Assembly (NCBI GenBank): GCA_951406725.2
Contig: OX597840.1
Coordinates: 10,974,001-11,038,000, forward strand
Origin: Octopus vulgaris
Lineage: Eukaryota
Direction: 5' to 3'
DNA: 64,000 nt
The notes under the pieces were generated by a model that was given only the letters and a program-made list of their open reading frames with translations, was not told the origin of the DNA and did not search any database. Shown here in pieces: positions 62,047 to 64,000 of this stretch. Both the position numbers and the translations under genes were made by a program. How positions within the stretch are numbered: position 1 is the first letter of the stretch; every line of letters starts with the position of its first letter.

Positions 62047-62559
62047 TTAAACGATGATGATGATGATGATGATTATTTGAGATGAAGAAGCTGCAATAGA
62101 ATTTCTCCGACGCTATGAAGTCCTTGATGAGCATGGAGATATTGATCCCTGCAGCAAATGTGGAAGAGAAATGGCGGGAAAATGAAGAAACATAAGAAGT
62201 GGGGCCCATTCTGTTTCTGATCACAAACTAGTCTAGATTTAAGTTGCTGTAGATCGCATTCTACATCCGCACCAAGACTTGTTACTAGTGACTGCATACC
62301 ATTCACCTACAGACTACTGAAAATTCATATGTGAAGGCACATGGCATAGTGGTTAGGGCATTCGGCTCATGATCATAATGTTGTGAGTTCAATTCCCGGC
62401 GATGCGTTGTGTCCTTCAGCAAGACACTTAATTTTTCACTGCCACCACCACCAGTAAATTCATTGAAAGGAGGAGGAATAGGAGGAGCAGAGCAATGACA
62501 GACCAAGTGAAAAGGCTTATAGTATAAAGGACGGGCAACTTTTCATCAACTGGGGGCCT

Positions 62560-63222
62560 GCGCATCGTACCATTTCCAAGTGGGAGAGGGCCGCATGGTA
62601 AAACACATATGCATAGAATAAAGCATATCTCAAAAATTGTCAAGAAGGCCGAGGGTGTCTTGGCATCACTCAGCAAGACTTTTGTTAGCCGCTCTTCAGC
62701 CATCTATTTAAAACTGTATACAGCTATGGTACGACCACACTTGGAATTCGCATCATCAGTTTGGAATCCCTATCTTGCTCAGAACATTGACCTCCTGGAA
62801 TCTGTCCAGAGATGTGCAACCAAACGCATACCCTCCATCAGACACCTACCATATTCTGAGCGCCTTGTTTCCCTGGGCATGGATTCACTGAAGCTCCGGC
62901 GTCTGGCGACGGACTTGGTAAACACCCACAAGGTTATCAACCACCTCACCAACAACAACACTGAACACCTTTTTGATCTCCATGAGTCTAACACACATGG
63001 ACATGCCTACAAAGTCAGAAAACAGCACAGCTCCCATTACTTTCGGAAACATTTCTTCACGCTCAGAGTTGCTGAAGCATGGAATAAACTGCCTGCGTCA
63101 GTTGTTGACTGCCATGACACTGCATCCTTTAAGGCCCTCATGCTTTCCGAAATCACGCCGAAACTACACCTGATTATATATACACTTTAGATGAGTTGTA
63201 GTGCACCTGAGCACTGTACACA

Positions 63223-63253
<31 letters not shown>
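62560..63253 (+). mobile_element. 5'-truncated CR1/L2-clade LINE of a different family
   Basis: ORF 62609-63190 LYTAMVRPHLEFASSVWNP...LESVQRCATK...WNKLP; (ATT)n tail. Confidence 0.88.
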
Positions 63254-63254
<1 letters not shown>

Positions 63255-64000
63255 TTGCCCACTTTATACTGAATTTGCAGTTCTTTTTATCTTTATTTGT
63301 CCTAGTATGAAAGTTCACATCAAGCTGGCATCGCCTTCATTATTTCCTAATGATAATTATGATTACTGGTGTAAATAAATTACAGTTTAAGTTATTCTTA
63401 TTTTTATATAAATTTTCTTCTCACCTTCCTCAGCTGTGTCGTATCTTGCCCTTTGAACTGTCCTCACTACACTCTTGTAGTTATACTTATTTGGAAAAAG
63501 GCAGTGATAAGATTATTATTATTATTAAGGCGGCGAGCTGGCAGAATTGTTAGCATGCCTATTCCCCTCTGCAAAGGATTATTTTTTATTATCATTTTAA
63601 AAAGACGGCGAGGTGGTAGAAACGTTAGCACGCCAGACGTAATGCTTTGTAGTATTTCGTCCGTCTTTACGTTCTGAGTTCGAATTCCGCCGAGGCTAAC
63701 TTTGCTTTTCATCCTTTCGGGCTCGATAAAATAAGTACCAGTTGGACATTGGAGTTGATGCAATCGACTTACCCACTACCACGAGCTTGCTGGCCTTGTG
63801 CTAAAATCTGAAACCAACATCATATAAAAAGGCAGCGAGTGGCCAGAATCTTTAGCACGCCGGACAAAATGCTTAGCGGTATTTCGTCCGCTCTGAGTTG
63901 AAATTTTGCCGAAAATTTACCGAATAAATTTTGTAAAAGAAAAATAATTAACCAAAATCATAAAGAAAATGCTGAACAGGAATATTAAAGCGAGTTTAGT

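Overview
Eukaryotic, intron-rich and repeat-dense DNA. The SINE families and the (TA)n/(CAT)n microsatellite load suggest an octopus or other coleoid cephalopod (inference). There are two host genes, arranged tail to tail. The first is an SLC23/NAT-family transporter on the + strand, 5'-truncated by the window, with 12 visible coding exons from 11 to 23582 and one conserved exon missing. The second is esterase D / S-formylglutathione hydrolase (ESD) on the - strand, 9 coding exons, about 281 aa. Segment 22492-43433 reappears at 43534-60263 directly across a 100-N gap, duplicating ESD and the last SLC23 exon; this is most likely two unmerged haplotypes. The rest is SINEs, CR1/RTE/REL LINE remnants, a Penelope-type GIY-YIG remnant, mariner/hAT/piggyBac/Helitron-like short elements and VNTRs. 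The most notable signal is a set of short non-coding elements, often beside (TA)n tracts, that carry type I hammerhead-ribozyme motifs. These include 320-370 bp palindromes with an intact hammerhead core on each strand, one of them just downstream of the SLC23 stop codon. Positions ~185-2120 are a collinear mosaic of snippets from the ESD locus, probably a consensus artefact.
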